Of a stretch of DNA of 64,000 nt, positions 1 through 20,105 are shown piece by piece. Both the position numbers and the translations under genes were made by a program. Within the stretch, counting starts at the first letter, position 1; every line of letters starts with the position of its first letter. The stretch spans positions 11,470 to 75,469 of the forward strand of contig DASPMO010000039.1 of NCBI GenBank assembly GCA_035627015.1, read 5' to 3'. The notes beneath the pieces were generated by a model. It ran no database searches and was not told the origin of the DNA. It saw only the letters and a program-made list of their open reading frames with translations. The DNA comes from Thermoanaerobaculia bacterium. Its GTDB lineage: Bacteria > Acidobacteriota > Thermoanaerobaculia > Gp7-AA8.

Positions 1-1
1 C

Positions 2-358
2 GCCCCCATCAGCGGCATCGTCGACGTGCTGGCCGCCCGCGCGGGGGAGTTCGTCGAGGCCGGCCAGCCGGTGGTCACGCTCATCGATCCCGACGACCTC
101 TGGGTGCGCGCCGACGTCGAGGAAACGTACATCGACCGCGTGCGCATCGGCGACAAGCGCACCGTGCGACTCCCCTCGGGCGAGGAGCGCCTGGGCACCG
201 TCTTCTACCGCGGCGTGAACGCGGCCTTCGCCACGCAGCGCGACGTCAGCCGCACCAAGCGCGACATCAAGACCTTCGAGATCCGCCTGCGCGTCGACAA
301 CGCCGACCGCCGGCTGGCCGTCGGGATGACCGCGTACGTGCTGCTCCCGGTGCAATGA
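2..358 (+). CDS. HlyD-family efflux membrane-fusion protein, C-terminal part (5'-truncated by window)
   Basis: Open frame from window edge; GEFVEAGQPVVTL..DDLWVRADVEE..RVRIG..LAVGMTA pattern; stop overlaps ATG of next gene (ATGA). Confidence 0.85.
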   Translation, partial: APISGIVDVLAARAGEFVEAGQPVVTLIDPDDLWVRADVEETYIDRVRIGDKRTVRLPSGEERLGTVFYRGVNAAFATQRDVSRTKRDIKTFEIRLRVDNADRRLAVGMTAYVLLPVQ

Positions 359-1344
359 ACGCCATCGAGGTGCGGAGCATCGTCAAGCGGTTCGGGCAAT
401 TCACTGCCGTCAACGGCGTGAGCTTCGACGTGGCGGCGGGCGAGTTCTTCGGCCTCCTCGGCCCCAACGGCGCGGGGAAGTCGACGCTGATCCGCATCCT
501 CACCACCCTCCTCCCCCCCACCGGGGGGAGCGCGAAGGTCGGCGGCTTCGACATCGTCACCGAGTCGCACGCCGTGCGCGGCGCCATCGGCGTCATCCCG
601 CAGGCCATGACCAGTGACCTCGACCTCAGCGTCGAGGAGAACCTGATCATCTTCTCCAAGCTGTACGGCGTGCCGCGCGCCAGGCGCACGCGCCTCATCC
701 ACGAGCTGCTGGAGGCGGTCGACCTGCTGCAGTGGGCCGGCAAGCCGGTCAAGTTCCTCTCCGGCGGCATGCGCCGGCGCGTGGAGATCGCCCGCGGCCT
801 CGTCTCCGAGCCGCGCGTCCTCTTCCTGGACGAGCCGACCACCGGGCTCGATCCGGCCTCGCGCGTGGCCGTGTGGGAGATGCTGCGGCGCATCAAGTCG
901 GAGCGCGACCTGACCATCCTCCTGACCACGCACTACATGGACGAGGCGGACCAGCTCTGCGACCGCATCGCCATCGTCGACCACGGCGAGCTGAAGGCGC
1001 TCGACTCGCCGCTGAAGCTCAAGGCTTCGGTGCCGGGGAAGAACGTCATCGAGGTGAGCTTCGCCACGCCGCCGCAGACGTGGGCGCAGACGCTGCGCGC
1101 GCTGCCGAATGTCGACGACGTGGAAGGCGACGACGGCGTGTTCCGGGTCCGCTCGCAGGACGGACCGGGGACGACCATGCGCATCATGGAGGCGGCCGGA
1201 CGCGCGGGGGTTCCGGTGCTGTCGCTGGCCGTGCACAGCACCTCGCTCGACGATGTGTTCATGCACTGCACCGGCCGCGCCCTGCGCGACGAGCTGCAGA
1301 AACCGAGCGTGATGGAGAGCCCGTTCCTGGTGCGGAGAGCCTGA
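355..1344 (+). CDS. ABC-2 type exporter ATP-binding subunit (DrrA-like)
   Basis: Walker A GPNGAGKST, signature LSGGMRRR, Walker B LFLDEPT, H-loop TTHYM. Confidence 0.95.
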   Translation: MNAIEVRSIVKRFGQFTAVNGVSFDVAAGEFFGLLGPNGAGKSTLIRILTTLLPPTGGSAKVGGFDIVTESHAVRGAIGVIPQAMTSDLDLSVEENLIIFSKLYGVPRARRTRLIHELLEAVDLLQWAGKPVKFLSGGMRRRVEIARGLVSEPRVLFLDEPTTGLDPASRVAVWEMLRRIKSERDLTILLTTHYMDEADQLCDRIAIVDHGELKALDSPLKLKASVPGKNVIEVSFATPPQTWAQTLRALPNVDDVEGDDGVFRVRSQDGPGTTMRIMEAAGRAGVPVLSLAVHSTSLDDVFMHCTGRALRDELQKPSVMESPFLVRRA

Positions 1345-1345
1345 G

Positions 1346-2458
1346 ATGCATCGGACCTGGGCCATCATCGAACGCGAGCTGCGCCGCTTCCGGCGCAATC
1401 CGACGATGATCGTCCTGTCGATGCTGCTGCCGGTCATCCAGCTCTGCATCCTCGGCCACGCCATCGGCGGCAACGTCAAGCATCTCAAGGTCGGCATCGT
1501 CGACCAGGATCACGGCCTGCCGGCGGTGAGGCTCCGCGAGCTGGCCGGCGCGGTGACCTCCGGCGCCCGGACGTTCGACACGATCGAATACTCCGATTCC
1601 GGCCGGGCCCTGGAGGACCTCCGCGACGGGCGGCTGCACGCGGTGCTGATCATCCCCCCCGATTTCTCGCGCCGCGTGCACCAGGGCAACCAGCCGCGCA
1701 TCGCACTGGTCGAGGACAACACCGACAACTTCGTCTCGGCCGCGCTGGTGGCGCAGATGAACGGTCTGCTGGCCGCGTTCAACACTCCCGCGGCGCCGCC
1801 GCGCGTCGTCGACGAGGCCACGCTGCAGGTGGTCGAGGTCTATCCCTATATCCCCTACGTGCAGTACCTGCTGCCCGGCTCGATCGTGATGTCGATCTTC
1901 ACCATGGTCATGATCGGCGGCGGCATCAACTTCGTCGACGACAAGGCGCACGGGCTGCACGAGGGCTACCTGGTCACGCCGATCACGAAGCTGGAACTGA
2001 TCGCCGGCTTCAACATCGCCGGCACGCTGAAGGCCGTCATTGCCGGCACGGCGCTGATCCTGGTGGGGACGGTCATCGCCGGCATCCCCAACGCCCTCGA
2101 GCCGGTGCGGCTGCTGAAGCTCGGCGTGGTGGTGGTCATCACCGCCTTCGCCCTCATCAGCCTGATGTTCCTGCTGATGGTGCGCATGTCGAACCCGATG
2201 GTGCCGCGGGCGATGTTCGGGGTGCTGAGCACCGTGCTCTATTTCCCCAGCGGCGCGGTCTATCCGCAGGAGGGCTTTCCGGCCTGGCTGCGCGCGATCG
2301 CGATCGTCGACCCGTTCACGTACGCCGTGCACGCGCTCCGCAGCCTGCTGCTCAAGGACAGCGGCCTGGCCGCCATCAGCGGCGACCTGCTGTTCCTGCT
2401 CGCCTTCTCGGCCATCGCCATGACCGCGGCGACCCTGCTGTTCCGGCGGACGCTTTGA
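1346..2458 (+). CDS. ABC-2 type exporter permease
   Basis: N-terminal TM helix, extracytoplasmic loop, five C-terminal TM helices, YFPSGAVYP and [11 protein letters not shown] motifs; directly follows ATPase. Confidence 0.92.
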   Translation: MHRTWAIIERELRRFRRNPTMIVLSMLLPVIQLCILGHAIGGNVKHLKVGIVDQDHGLPAVRLRELAGAVTSGARTFDTIEYSDSGRALEDLRDGRLHAVLIIPPDFSRRVHQGNQPRIALVEDNTDNFVSAALVAQMNGLLAAFNTPAAPPRVVDEATLQVVEVYPYIPYVQYLLPGSIVMSIFTMVMIGGGINFVDDKAHGLHEGYLVTPITKLELIAGFNIAGTLKAVIAGTALILVGTVIAGIPNALEPVRLLKLGVVVVITAFALISLMFLLMVRMSNPMVPRAMFGVLSTVLYFPSGAVYPQEGFPAWLRAIAIVDPFTYAVHALRSLLLKDSGLAAISGDLLFLLAFSAIAMTAATLLFRRTL

Positions 2459-2546
2459 GGAGTCCGGCTTGTCCGCTCCTGCGAAGGGCAGTACCATCCT
2501 TCCTGCCGTCCAACAGGATCTCCGTCGGAAAATCGTGAGCAGCCGC

Positions 2547-12445
<9,899 letters not shown>

Positions 12446-12473
<28 letters not shown>

Positions 12474-14647
12474 GAGCTCTCCGCGAGACAACTCTCCAAA
12501 AACGCCAGCGCTCCCGGGAGCGCGGCGCTCACGTAGTCCCACGTGTGCCCGCCGCGCAGCTCGCGGTAGTCGTGGCGGACGCCGAAACCGGTCAGGAGCC
12601 CGTGGAAGTCGCGCACCGTCTCCACCACGCGCGGGTAGTCGCCCGCACCGACGTCGAGGTGGAGGCGCGGCGCCGGCTGTCCGCCGGCGGCGAACCGTTC
12701 CACGACGGAAAGCGGATCGTACTCCGCGCGCGTCCTGCTGCCGGGCGGGCCCCACACCGCCTCGTGCGCCGCCACGTCGGGCATGAGCAGGTCGCGCGAG
12801 CCGCGCTCCGCCGCGTACGGATCGCCCTCGCGGCGCGCGGCGTAAAAGGCGCCCGCGTGCGCGAAGGCGGCGCCGAAGAGGTCCGGGCGCCGCAGCGCGT
12901 GGAAGACTGCGGCCGCGCCTCCCATCGAGAAGCCGCCGATGAAGCGCGTGGCCCGCGTCGTGGCCGGCGCGAATTCCGCCTCGATCGCGGGCAGCAGCTC
13001 GTCGAGGAGATAGCTCCCGTAGCGGCGTCCCTCCTCGTCGTCGATGAACCAGCGCCGCCCGCTCTCCGGCATCACGAACAGCAGCGGCAGATGGGACGCC
13101 AGGAACGCCAGCGGCGTACGCTCCGACCACGCCTTGAAATTGCCGGCGTAGCCGTGCAGGAGGTAGCAGACGCCCTCGATCCTGCCGTCGCGCGGCATGA
13201 GCAGGCGGACGTACTTGTCGCGGCCGAGGAGCGCGCTGCGGGACGAGCGGTCCGTGCTGTCGAGGGACTGCAGCGCCTTGCGGTCGATCTTGCCGCGGTC
13301 GTTGCGGGGCATCGCCTCCACGTGAATCCAGACCGAGGGCGTCATGTACGCCGGCAGCGCGCGGCGGCATTCCGCGTTGAGCTGCGATGTCGGCACGTCG
13401 CCGATGACGAAGGCGGCCAGCGACGTTTCGCCGGCCATCGTGTACGGCACCACCGCCACTTCCTGCACGCCCGGGAGCCCCGCCACGACGGTCTCGATCT
13501 CCCCCGGCTCGACGCGGTAGCCGCCGACCTTGACCATGGCGTCGGTGCGGCCGACGAAACGGAGGGTGCCGTCCGCCTCGGCCTGCACCGAGTCGTTCGT
13601 GCGGTAGAACGTCTGCCCCTCCTCTTCGACGAGACACTCCCGCGTGCGCTCGGGATCGCCCCAGTAGCCGGACATCAGGCTCCCGCCTCCGGCGTAGAGC
13701 ACGCCGTCGCGGATGAACAGCGACGCGTACGGACAGGCCCGCCCGATCGGCACCGACCCCTCGGGCGGATCGGAGGGCTGCACCTCGTGCGCCGTGACCA
13801 CGTTCGTCTCCGTCGGCCCGTACCAGTTGTGGATGCGCGCCGCGGGGAAGGACTTGCGGATCACCGGCAGCGCGCCGCCGCGGAAGGCCTCCCCCGCCAC
13901 GATGAGCTGGCGCACGGAGGTCAGCTGGCGCCCGTCGCGCGCGCAGACCTCGGCCATCTTGGTCACGATGGAGGGGACGGAGTACCAGACCGTGATGCCC
14001 TGGCTCTCGACGAGATGCGCCAGGAACGGGGCCATCCCGCGCTGCAGTTCCGGCACGAGCACGATCGTCGCGCCACTCACGAGCGACGAGTAGATGTCGA
14101 AGATGGAGAGGTCAAAGGCGAACGAGGCGTGGCTGGAAACGCGGTCGTGCTCCGTCAGCCCCGTGTACTCCGCGGCCCAGTCGACGAACGCCGCCGTGGC
14201 GCCGAGGCTGATGGCCACGCCCTTCGGCTTCCCCGTGGAGCCCGACGTATAGAGGATGTTGAGGAGGTCCGTCGAGGCCACGTTTGCCAGCGGGACGTCG
14301 GCGCCGGCGGACAGGTTGGCGAGGTCGCCGGTCCTGAAGAAGGCGGCCGGCTCGCAGTCGCGCAGCATCAGCTCCAGGCGCGGTCCCGGGGTGACGGGGT
14401 CGATCGGCACGCACGCCGCGCCCGCCCACTGCGTCCCGAGGAGCGCCGCCACCGCGTCGGCCGACTTTTCGATGTCGATGGCCACGCGGCTTCCCGGCCC
14501 GATGCCCCCGCCGTGGAGAAAGGCGGCCACGCTGCAGGCGCGCTGCAGCAGCTCCCCGTACGTGACCGTCGTGCTCCCGTCGATCAAAGCGACGCGCTCC
14601 GGCTGCCTGCCGGCGACGTCGGCGAATCTGGCGGCAAGGCTCTTCAT
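12446..14647 (-). CDS. Stand-alone adenylation enzyme (prolyl-AMP ligase/DltA-like) fused to C-terminal alpha/beta-hydrolase esterase
   Basis: Start MKSLAARF overlaps upstream stop; [37 protein letters not shown]; by-eye pocket DLFYIAWVVK; C-terminal LLHGYAG...MPESG...GFSMGG...GGHTW esterase. Confidence 0.88.
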
Positions 14648-15765
14648 AGTCCCAGCTCGTGCGCGATCATGACCCGCTGCACCTCCGCCGTCCCGGAGTA
14701 GATCAGTCCTCCGATGGCCCCGCGCAGCTCGCTCTCGATTCCCGCCTCGGCCATGTACCCGTAGCCGCCGTGCACGCGCAGCGCGTCCATGTGCTGCTGC
14801 ACGCCCGCCTCGGCGAGCATCAGCTTCGCGGCCGAGATGCGGGCCACGGTCAGCTCCTCGGAATCGCGCATCAGCGCGTTCTCGCGCAGGAAGGCGCGCA
14901 CCGTGATGTAGCGGACGTACATGTCGGCGATGCGCGACGAGACCATCTGCAGCTTGCCGATGGGACGCCCGTTCACGCGGCGCTCGCGGGCGTACTCGAC
15001 GGCGCGCTGCGTCTGCCGCTTCATCGCGCCGAGGAGCGGGGCCAGGATGAACAGCCGCTCCCACTGCATCGCGCAGGTGAAGACGTCCCGCCCGCCGTCC
15101 CTCGCGCCGAGCATCCGGTCGCGCGGCACGACCGCGTCCCGCAGCGCCACCGACGACAGCATCGAGCCGTCCAGGCCGAGCTTCCGCTCGTCCGGGCCCG
15201 TGGTGATCCCCGTATCGCCCGCCTCGATGAGAAAGGCGCTCGCGCCGCGGGAGCCGAGGAGCGGATCGCGCGTGGCGAAGAGGAGGAACAGGTCCGCGGC
15301 CGGGGCGTTCGTGATGAACAGCTTCAGCCCGTCGATCGTGTAGCCCTTCCCCGTCTCCGCGTAGCGCGTCGAGGCCGCGCCGGAGTTGTTCTCCGACTCC
15401 GTCATGGCGTGCGCGCCGATCCACTGGCCGTTCATCAGCGGCGGGAGGTAGCGCTGGCGCTGCTCCGGGGTGGCGAAGTGCACGATCGGCTGGATCACGG
15501 CCCAGAGATGCGCGCCGAGGGCGAAGAGGAGGCCGTCATTCGAGCAACCCTCGCCGAGACCTTCGAGCACCTCGAGGATCTCGACGTTGGTGAAGCCGTC
15601 GCCGCCGAGCTCGCGCGGCACGGCCATGCTGAACAGGCCGAACTCCGCGCAGAGCTTCCACGCTTCGCGGAGACGGCGCTGTTTCTCGTGCGGATCGGCG
15701 GCCGGTGCAGGAGCCGCCGGAAGCTTCCTGGCGAACTCTCGAGCGGACTCCTGCAACGGCGACAT
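14644..15765 (-). CDS. Acyl-CoA dehydrogenase family, prolyl-S-carrier dehydrogenase-like (PltE/RedW/AnaB type)
   Basis: EGLGEGCSNDGLLFALGAHLW, IGAHAMTE, KLFITNAP, QWERLFI, HGGYGYM, IYSGTAEVQR; next to Pro-type ligase and carrier. Confidence 0.85.
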   Translation of the reverse strand: MSPLQESAREFARKLPAAPAPAADPHEKQRRLREAWKLCAEFGLFSMAVPRELGGDGFTNVEILEVLEGLGEGCSNDGLLFALGAHLWAVIQPIVHFATPEQRQRYLPPLMNGQWIGAHAMTESENNSGAASTRYAETGKGYTIDGLKLFITNAPAADLFLLFATRDPLLGSRGASAFLIEAGDTGITTGPDERKLGLDGSMLSSVALRDAVVPRDRMLGARDGGRDVFTCAMQWERLFILAPLLGAMKRQTQRAVEYARERRVNGRPIGKLQMVSSRIADMYVRYITVRAFLRENALMRDSEELTVARISAAKLMLAEAGVQQHMDALRVHGGYGYMAEAGIESELRGAIGGLIYSGTAEVQRVMIAHELGL

Positions 15766-15782
15766 GGCGGGCCAGGCCGCGG

Positions 15783-17138
15783 TCAGATCGCCTCCTCCAG
15801 CTGTTCGTTCCGCTGGCGGAGCAGCGTGAGGCTGCGGGCGATGTTCGCTTCGTCGGGGAGACCGTCGTCGATCTCCGAGTTGAGGTACGCGTCGTACGAC
15901 GAGAGGTCGAGCAGGCCGTGGCCGCTGACGTTGGCCAGGACGGAGATGGGCGTGGTCGCCTCGCGCGCGGCGTCCGCCGCCGCGGCCAGGGCGTGCGCCG
16001 ACTCCGGCGCCACGATCATCCCCGTGCTGCGCGCGAACAGGACGGCCGTCTCGAAGACCTTGCGCTGCGGGAACGAGCGCGCCTCGAAGAGACCGTCCTG
16101 GTACATCGCGCTGAGCAGCGGCGAGGTGCCGTGATAGCGCAGGCCGCCGGCGTGAATTCCCGGCACGCTGACGTCGCGGCCGAGGGTCATCATGCGCACG
16201 TACGGCGTCGTGCTGGAGGCATCGCTCATGTCGTACGCGTAGAGGCCGCGCGTGAGCTTCGGGCAGGCCACCGGCTCCGCGGCGATGATGCGCACGTTCC
16301 GCCCCGACTTGCGGCTGTTGCGGATGAAGGGGAAGGAGATGCCGGCGAAGTTGCTCCCCGCGCCGACGCAGGCCGTGACGACATTCGGATAGTCGCCGAT
16401 CTCCTCCATCTGGTTGACCGCCTCCTGCCCGATGATCGTCTGGTGCAGGAGGACATGGTTCTCGCCGCTGCCGACGGCGAAGCGCGCGCCGGCGACGCTG
16501 CGGGCGATCTCGATCGCCTCGCCGTTGGCGATGGAGAGGCTGCCGATGCGCTGCGGGTCCTTGATCCGTCCCGCGCGCCCGACCTCGGTCACCTCGCTGG
16601 GGCTCTCGTGCACCTCGCCGCCGTAGACACGCATCATCACGGGGCGCAGCGGCTTCTGGCGATAGCTGACGCCGACCATGAACACGGTCGCGCCGAGGCC
16701 CGCGCGGCCGCAGGCCCACGAGATCGCGGCGCCCCACTGGCCGGCGCCGGTGCCGGTGACGATCCGTTCGACGCCGGCCTTCTTGAAGTAGTAGGCCTGG
16801 GCGATGGCGCTGTTCAGCTTGTGGCTGCCGGCGGCGTTCTGCCCTTCGAACTTCACGTAGATGCGCGACTTCGTGCCGAGGGCCTGCTCGAACGCCTTGG
16901 CGCGGATGAGCGGCGTCGGGCGGTACATCGAGTAGAGCTCGAGCACGTCGTCGGGAATGGGGACCTCGGCGCGGTCGGCCGAATTGGCCTGGCGGAACAG
17001 CTCCAGCGTCAGCTGCGGGCGGACGTCGGTGGTGCGGCCGCCGGCCGCGATCTCCAGGCGCCGCGGCGCGGGATCGCGCCGCGCGTACGCCGGAAAGTCG
17101 TGGAGGATGTTGCACCAGGTCTCGACGCGCGAGGTCAT
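15783..17138 (-). CDS. TrpB-like (TrpB2) PLP-dependent beta-substitution enzyme with Glu-to-Gly change
   Basis: YRPTPLIRA, KFEG...GSHKLN (PLP Lys), TGTGAGQWG (canonical TETGAGQWG), CVGAGSNFAG, HAGGLRYHG, APESAHA, NVSGHG. Confidence 0.9.
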   Translation of the reverse strand: MTSRVETWCNILHDFPAYARRDPAPRRLEIAAGGRTTDVRPQLTLELFRQANSADRAEVPIPDDVLELYSMYRPTPLIRAKAFEQALGTKSRIYVKFEGQNAAGSHKLNSAIAQAYYFKKAGVERIVTGTGAGQWGAAISWACGRAGLGATVFMVGVSYRQKPLRPVMMRVYGGEVHESPSEVTEVGRAGRIKDPQRIGSLSIANGEAIEIARSVAGARFAVGSGENHVLLHQTIIGQEAVNQMEEIGDYPNVVTACVGAGSNFAGISFPFIRNSRKSGRNVRIIAAEPVACPKLTRGLYAYDMSDASSTTPYVRMMTLGRDVSVPGIHAGGLRYHGTSPLLSAMYQDGLFEARSFPQRKVFETAVLFARSTGMIVAPESAHALAAAADAAREATTPISVLANVSGHGLLDLSSYDAYLNSEIDDGLPDEANIARSLTLLRQRNEQLEEAI

Positions 17139-17455
17139 TCCATCTCCTCGGCACGGCAGACAGCGAGGGTGCGGTTCACGACGTCGCCCACCGTCCGGAT
17201 GTCCCCCAGGAGGTCTTCGTCATCGAAGCGGCAGCCGAGGCGCGACTCGATCGACGTCCACAGCTCGAGATACTCCAGCGAGTTGAGGCCCAGCTCGACG
17301 AAGAGCGTTTCGCAGTCGGAGATCGTCTCCGGATCCCGCCCCTGCGGCATCAGCTCGCAGAGAGCGGTGCGCACGGCGTCTCCCACCCTCTGGACGTCGG
17401 CGGTCTGAGCGACATCGGCGATTTGCAGCACATTCGTTCCGTGGCTGTATTGCAT
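17135..17455 (-). CDS. Stand-alone carrier protein (ACP/PCP)
   Basis: LFVELGLNSLEYLELWTSIESRLGCRF...IRTVGDVV carrier fold with Ppant Ser in NSL motif. Confidence 0.8.
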   Translation of the reverse strand: MQYSHGTNVLQIADVAQTADVQRVGDAVRTALCELMPQGRDPETISDCETLFVELGLNSLEYLELWTSIESRLGCRFDDEDLLGDIRTVGDVVNRTLAVCRAEEME

Positions 17456-17472
17456 GACAATCCCCTTCCCCT

Positions 17473-18741
17473 CTACGTCGAGTAAATGTATTGATCGACT
17501 CCCGGCTCGCGCGCCACGCCCGCCCGCTTCTCGGTCTGTTCGACCACTTCCGCGAGCACGGCGTCCGAGACCGGGTAAAACGTCGGGAACAGCAGTTCGT
17601 CGGGAGAGTCGGTGATGACTCCCTGTTTGACGGCGATGCGCGCGAGCTCCGTGCGCGGATAGATGCGCACGCGCTCGGTGACGTCAACGGCGTCGAAGCC
17701 CATGACGTCGCAGGCCTCGAACGAGCGGCGCACCGTGTCGACGGTCTCGCTCGGATGGCCGAACAGCAGGCTGCAGGAGACGGGAGCGCCGCGCTCGTGG
17801 CACATGTCGACGGCGCGCTGCACGTCCGCCACCGTGTAGCCCTTGTGGATGGCGAACAGCACCGGGTCGGCCAGGCTGTCCACGCCGAAGTGGAAGCGCT
17901 TCCGCCCGGAGGCCATGGCCACGTCGATGAACTCGGGGGTGAAGGCATTCGGGTGCGGGTTGAAGAAGCCGTCCCACTCGATCTCGACGCCGCTGTTGAT
18001 GATCTCGCGCAGCAGCGCCGTCGCCGCCTTGACCGGTACGTTGAAGACCGAGTCGCAGAAGAAGACGCGCTTCACGCCCTGGCGCTTGAGGTTGCGGATC
18101 TCGGCCACGACGTCGGCCGGCGAGCGGTGCGTGATGCGGAACCCCTCCACCGCCGGGTAGTTGCAGTACTGACAGCGGAACGGGCAGCCGAAGTGCGTGG
18201 CGATGCCGATAGGGTGGTCCCGGTATTTGCTCTTCTCGACGTACGGCCGCTCGTACACGCCGTTGATCGTGTCCGAGTAGTCCTCGAAGACCGGCGCCGC
18301 CGCGGCCTCGCCGTTCAGGACGTGGCGCACGAGCATGCGCGCCGCGTTGTGGCCCTTGCTGGCGATGGCGTAGTCGGCGCCGAGGTAGCGGCGCATCGGG
18401 TCGGGCACGGCGTTGATGGCGGCGCCGGCGATGGCGATCGGCACCAGCGGATAGCGCTCGCGCAGCTCGGAGACGAGACGTCTGGTCTGCGGCAGGGCCG
18501 AATCCACGTTGCCCGGGCCGATGTCGAGGTTGCGCACCACGACGAAGATCAGGTCGATCCCATAGCCGTCCGGATACGGTGCCGCCGCACCGTCGGCCAG
18601 GTTGGCCAGGTCGACGATCTCGATGTCGTGGCCATCCCGCACCAGCGCCTCGGCGTTGTATTCGAGGCCCACGGGAAATACGGGCGGCAGCATGAACGCC
18701 GGGTTGACGATCAGGATGCGCGCGCTCTGGCGAACGGTCAT
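17473..18741 (-). CDS. Cobalamin-binding radical SAM enzyme (TsrM-like N-terminus)
   Basis: GCPFRCQYC CxxxCxxC motif, FFCDSVFN, HFGVDS; N-terminal NP..PP..P.GL...RNLD B12-binding-like domain; ATG overlaps upstream stop. Confidence 0.85.
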   Translation of the reverse strand: MTVRQSARILIVNPAFMLPPVFPVGLEYNAEALVRDGHDIEIVDLANLADGAAAPYPDGYGIDLIFVVVRNLDIGPGNVDSALPQTRRLVSELRERYPLVPIAIAGAAINAVPDPMRRYLGADYAIASKGHNAARMLVRHVLNGEAAAAPVFEDYSDTINGVYERPYVEKSKYRDHPIGIATHFGCPFRCQYCNYPAVEGFRITHRSPADVVAEIRNLKRQGVKRVFFCDSVFNVPVKAATALLREIINSGVEIEWDGFFNPHPNAFTPEFIDVAMASGRKRFHFGVDSLADPVLFAIHKGYTVADVQRAVDMCHERGAPVSCSLLFGHPSETVDTVRRSFEACDVMGFDAVDVTERVRIYPRTELARIAVKQGVITDSPDELLFPTFYPVSDAVLAEVVEQTEKRAGVAREPGVDQYIYST

Positions 18742-19409
18742 GCGGAAGGACCTCCAGTCCTGCACAGCTCGAGGCAATCGGTCAGGGTGGCTTGAACTCT
18801 CTCCCGCGGCACGCCCTCGATGCCCCAACTGAAGGCCAGGACCGCCGTGGTGGTGGGCACGATCATGGTGTGCGCGGAGTCGCGTACGCCGACGATGGAG
18901 ATGACGCGCTCCCGGTCGCGGAGCACCGGGAACCCTTTGGGGACGGCTTCGCTCTTGGTCTTGCCGAGGGGGACGATCTGCTCATCGCCATTCGCGATGT
19001 CGAGCGTGAGGTCGCCATCGATCGCATGAAGGTCGAAGAGGCCGACCGGAATCAGGTTGCGCAGCGAGGCCACGTTCGCGGCGTCGACGAGGGAGTTGAT
19101 GCGGGGGAACTTCCCCTTCATCACGTAGCGGGTGACCACATTCTCCACGGCGGGGACCGCGGCGCCGAATTGCTCGGAGAAGCGGCGACTCAGTTCGCGG
19201 TAGAGGGGGATCTCCGGTGCGCCGGCGACGTCGGCGGCCGTGCGCCCGCTCCAGCGGGCCAGGAGGTCGCGGACCGCATCATCGAGCCAGGGAGAGTCCT
19301 TTGACGCCGAAACGCCGTCCGCCGTGACGCTTTCGACGAACAGCCCGGGGACACGGACACGCACGTCCTGCGCGATGACGATGATCGGGTTTAGGGCGAT
19401 GGTGTTCAT
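18738..19409 (-). CDS. Stand-alone B3/4 (PheRS beta editing-like) domain protein
   Basis: PAVENVVTRY..GKFPRINSLVDAANVASLRNLIPVGLFDLHAIDGDLTL..A.GDE....LG....VLRD motif typical of B3/4 domains. Confidence 0.88.
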   Translation of the reverse strand: MNTIALNPIIVIAQDVRVRVPGLFVESVTADGVSASKDSPWLDDAVRDLLARWSGRTAADVAGAPEIPLYRELSRRFSEQFGAAVPAVENVVTRYVMKGKFPRINSLVDAANVASLRNLIPVGLFDLHAIDGDLTLDIANGDEQIVPLGKTKSEAVPKGFPVLRDRERVISIVGVRDSAHTMIVPTTTAVLAFSWGIEGVPRERVQATLTDCLELCRTGGPSA

Positions 19410-19545
19410 GGTGTTACGTCGTGCGCTCCCCCGCACAGAGTGCTGATTCCACACGTCTCCCGTGACGAGCAGGCACACATCTGCCCCTCGTCTGCCGTGG
19501 CACTTATAGTGAAAATAGCTGTCTACTATTGAACCTTGACTGTGC

Positions 19546-19574
19546 AGTATAGGTCGATACGCACACTAACACAA
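19546..19574 (-). promoter_or_regulatory. Candidate sigma70 promoter for the leftward B3/4-to-ligase operon
   Basis: Minus strand TTGTGT (19574-19569), 17-bp spacer, TATACT (19551-19546) in a conspicuously AT-rich intergenic stretch. Confidence 0.5.
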
Positions 19575-19716
19575 GGCCATAACTATATGTTTCCTTCTGC
19601 TTCGCGTTGATGGATCATTCACGGCGCGTCTGCGGACCGCAACGTACGGTCGGAAGGCGTGTCTCCCCCGATGACGTTCTCCGGACTTCCATCCATCCCA
19701 CCAAAAACGGAGACCC

Positions 19717-20023
19717 ATGCAGACGGCCACCGGCAAGCACGTGCTGCTCCGGCAGACCGACGAGAGCAACTGGGACCGTGATCAACTCCGCCGACACGCG
19801 CGAGGAAGGGATGTGGCTCCGCGGCGCGTGGTACACGGCCGCCAACGGTGGATCCGACGGACGCTGGGTCCAGCTCTTCGACGACCGCCCCGCGTACGAG
19901 GCCTCGCCCCCGCCGGTGGTCTGCTCCTCGACCACCCAGCAGCAGTGTGAGATCAAGGGCGGCACGTGGAACCCGACCACGTGCTCCTGCAGGGCTCTCT
20001 GCTCCGGCTGTCAGATTTCCTGA
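19717..20023 (+). pseudogene. Probable frameshifted small gene or gene remnant with Cys-rich C-terminus
   Basis: MQTATGKHVLLRQTDESNWD joins other-frame VINSADTREEGMWL...CSSTTQQQCEIKGGTWNPTTCSCRALCSGCQIS at about 19776; ends just before a strong hairpin. Confidence 0.4.
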
Positions 20024-20036
20024 GGCATTCCGAGTG

Positions 20037-20068
20037 GGCGTTGTTGGCGGGAAACCGTCAACAACGCC
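20037..20068. terminator. Stem-loop between convergent genes (putative bidirectional terminator)
   Basis: GGCGTTGTTGGCGG-GAAA-CCGTCAACAACGCC, 14-bp stem with one G-U pair. Confidence 0.65.
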
Positions 20069-20105
20069 ATTCACCTTACGGTTCAAGAAGAGCGCCGGCC
20101 GCACC

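Noticed and set aside
15783-17138. Housekeeping trpB
   Set aside because: No trpA or other trp genes, TrpB2-type sequence, catalytic Glu absent, embedded in a carrier-protein operon; no gene symbol assigned
19536-19564. Plus-strand sigma70 promoter starting TTGACT
   Set aside because: No plausible -10 hexamer at 16-18 bp spacing
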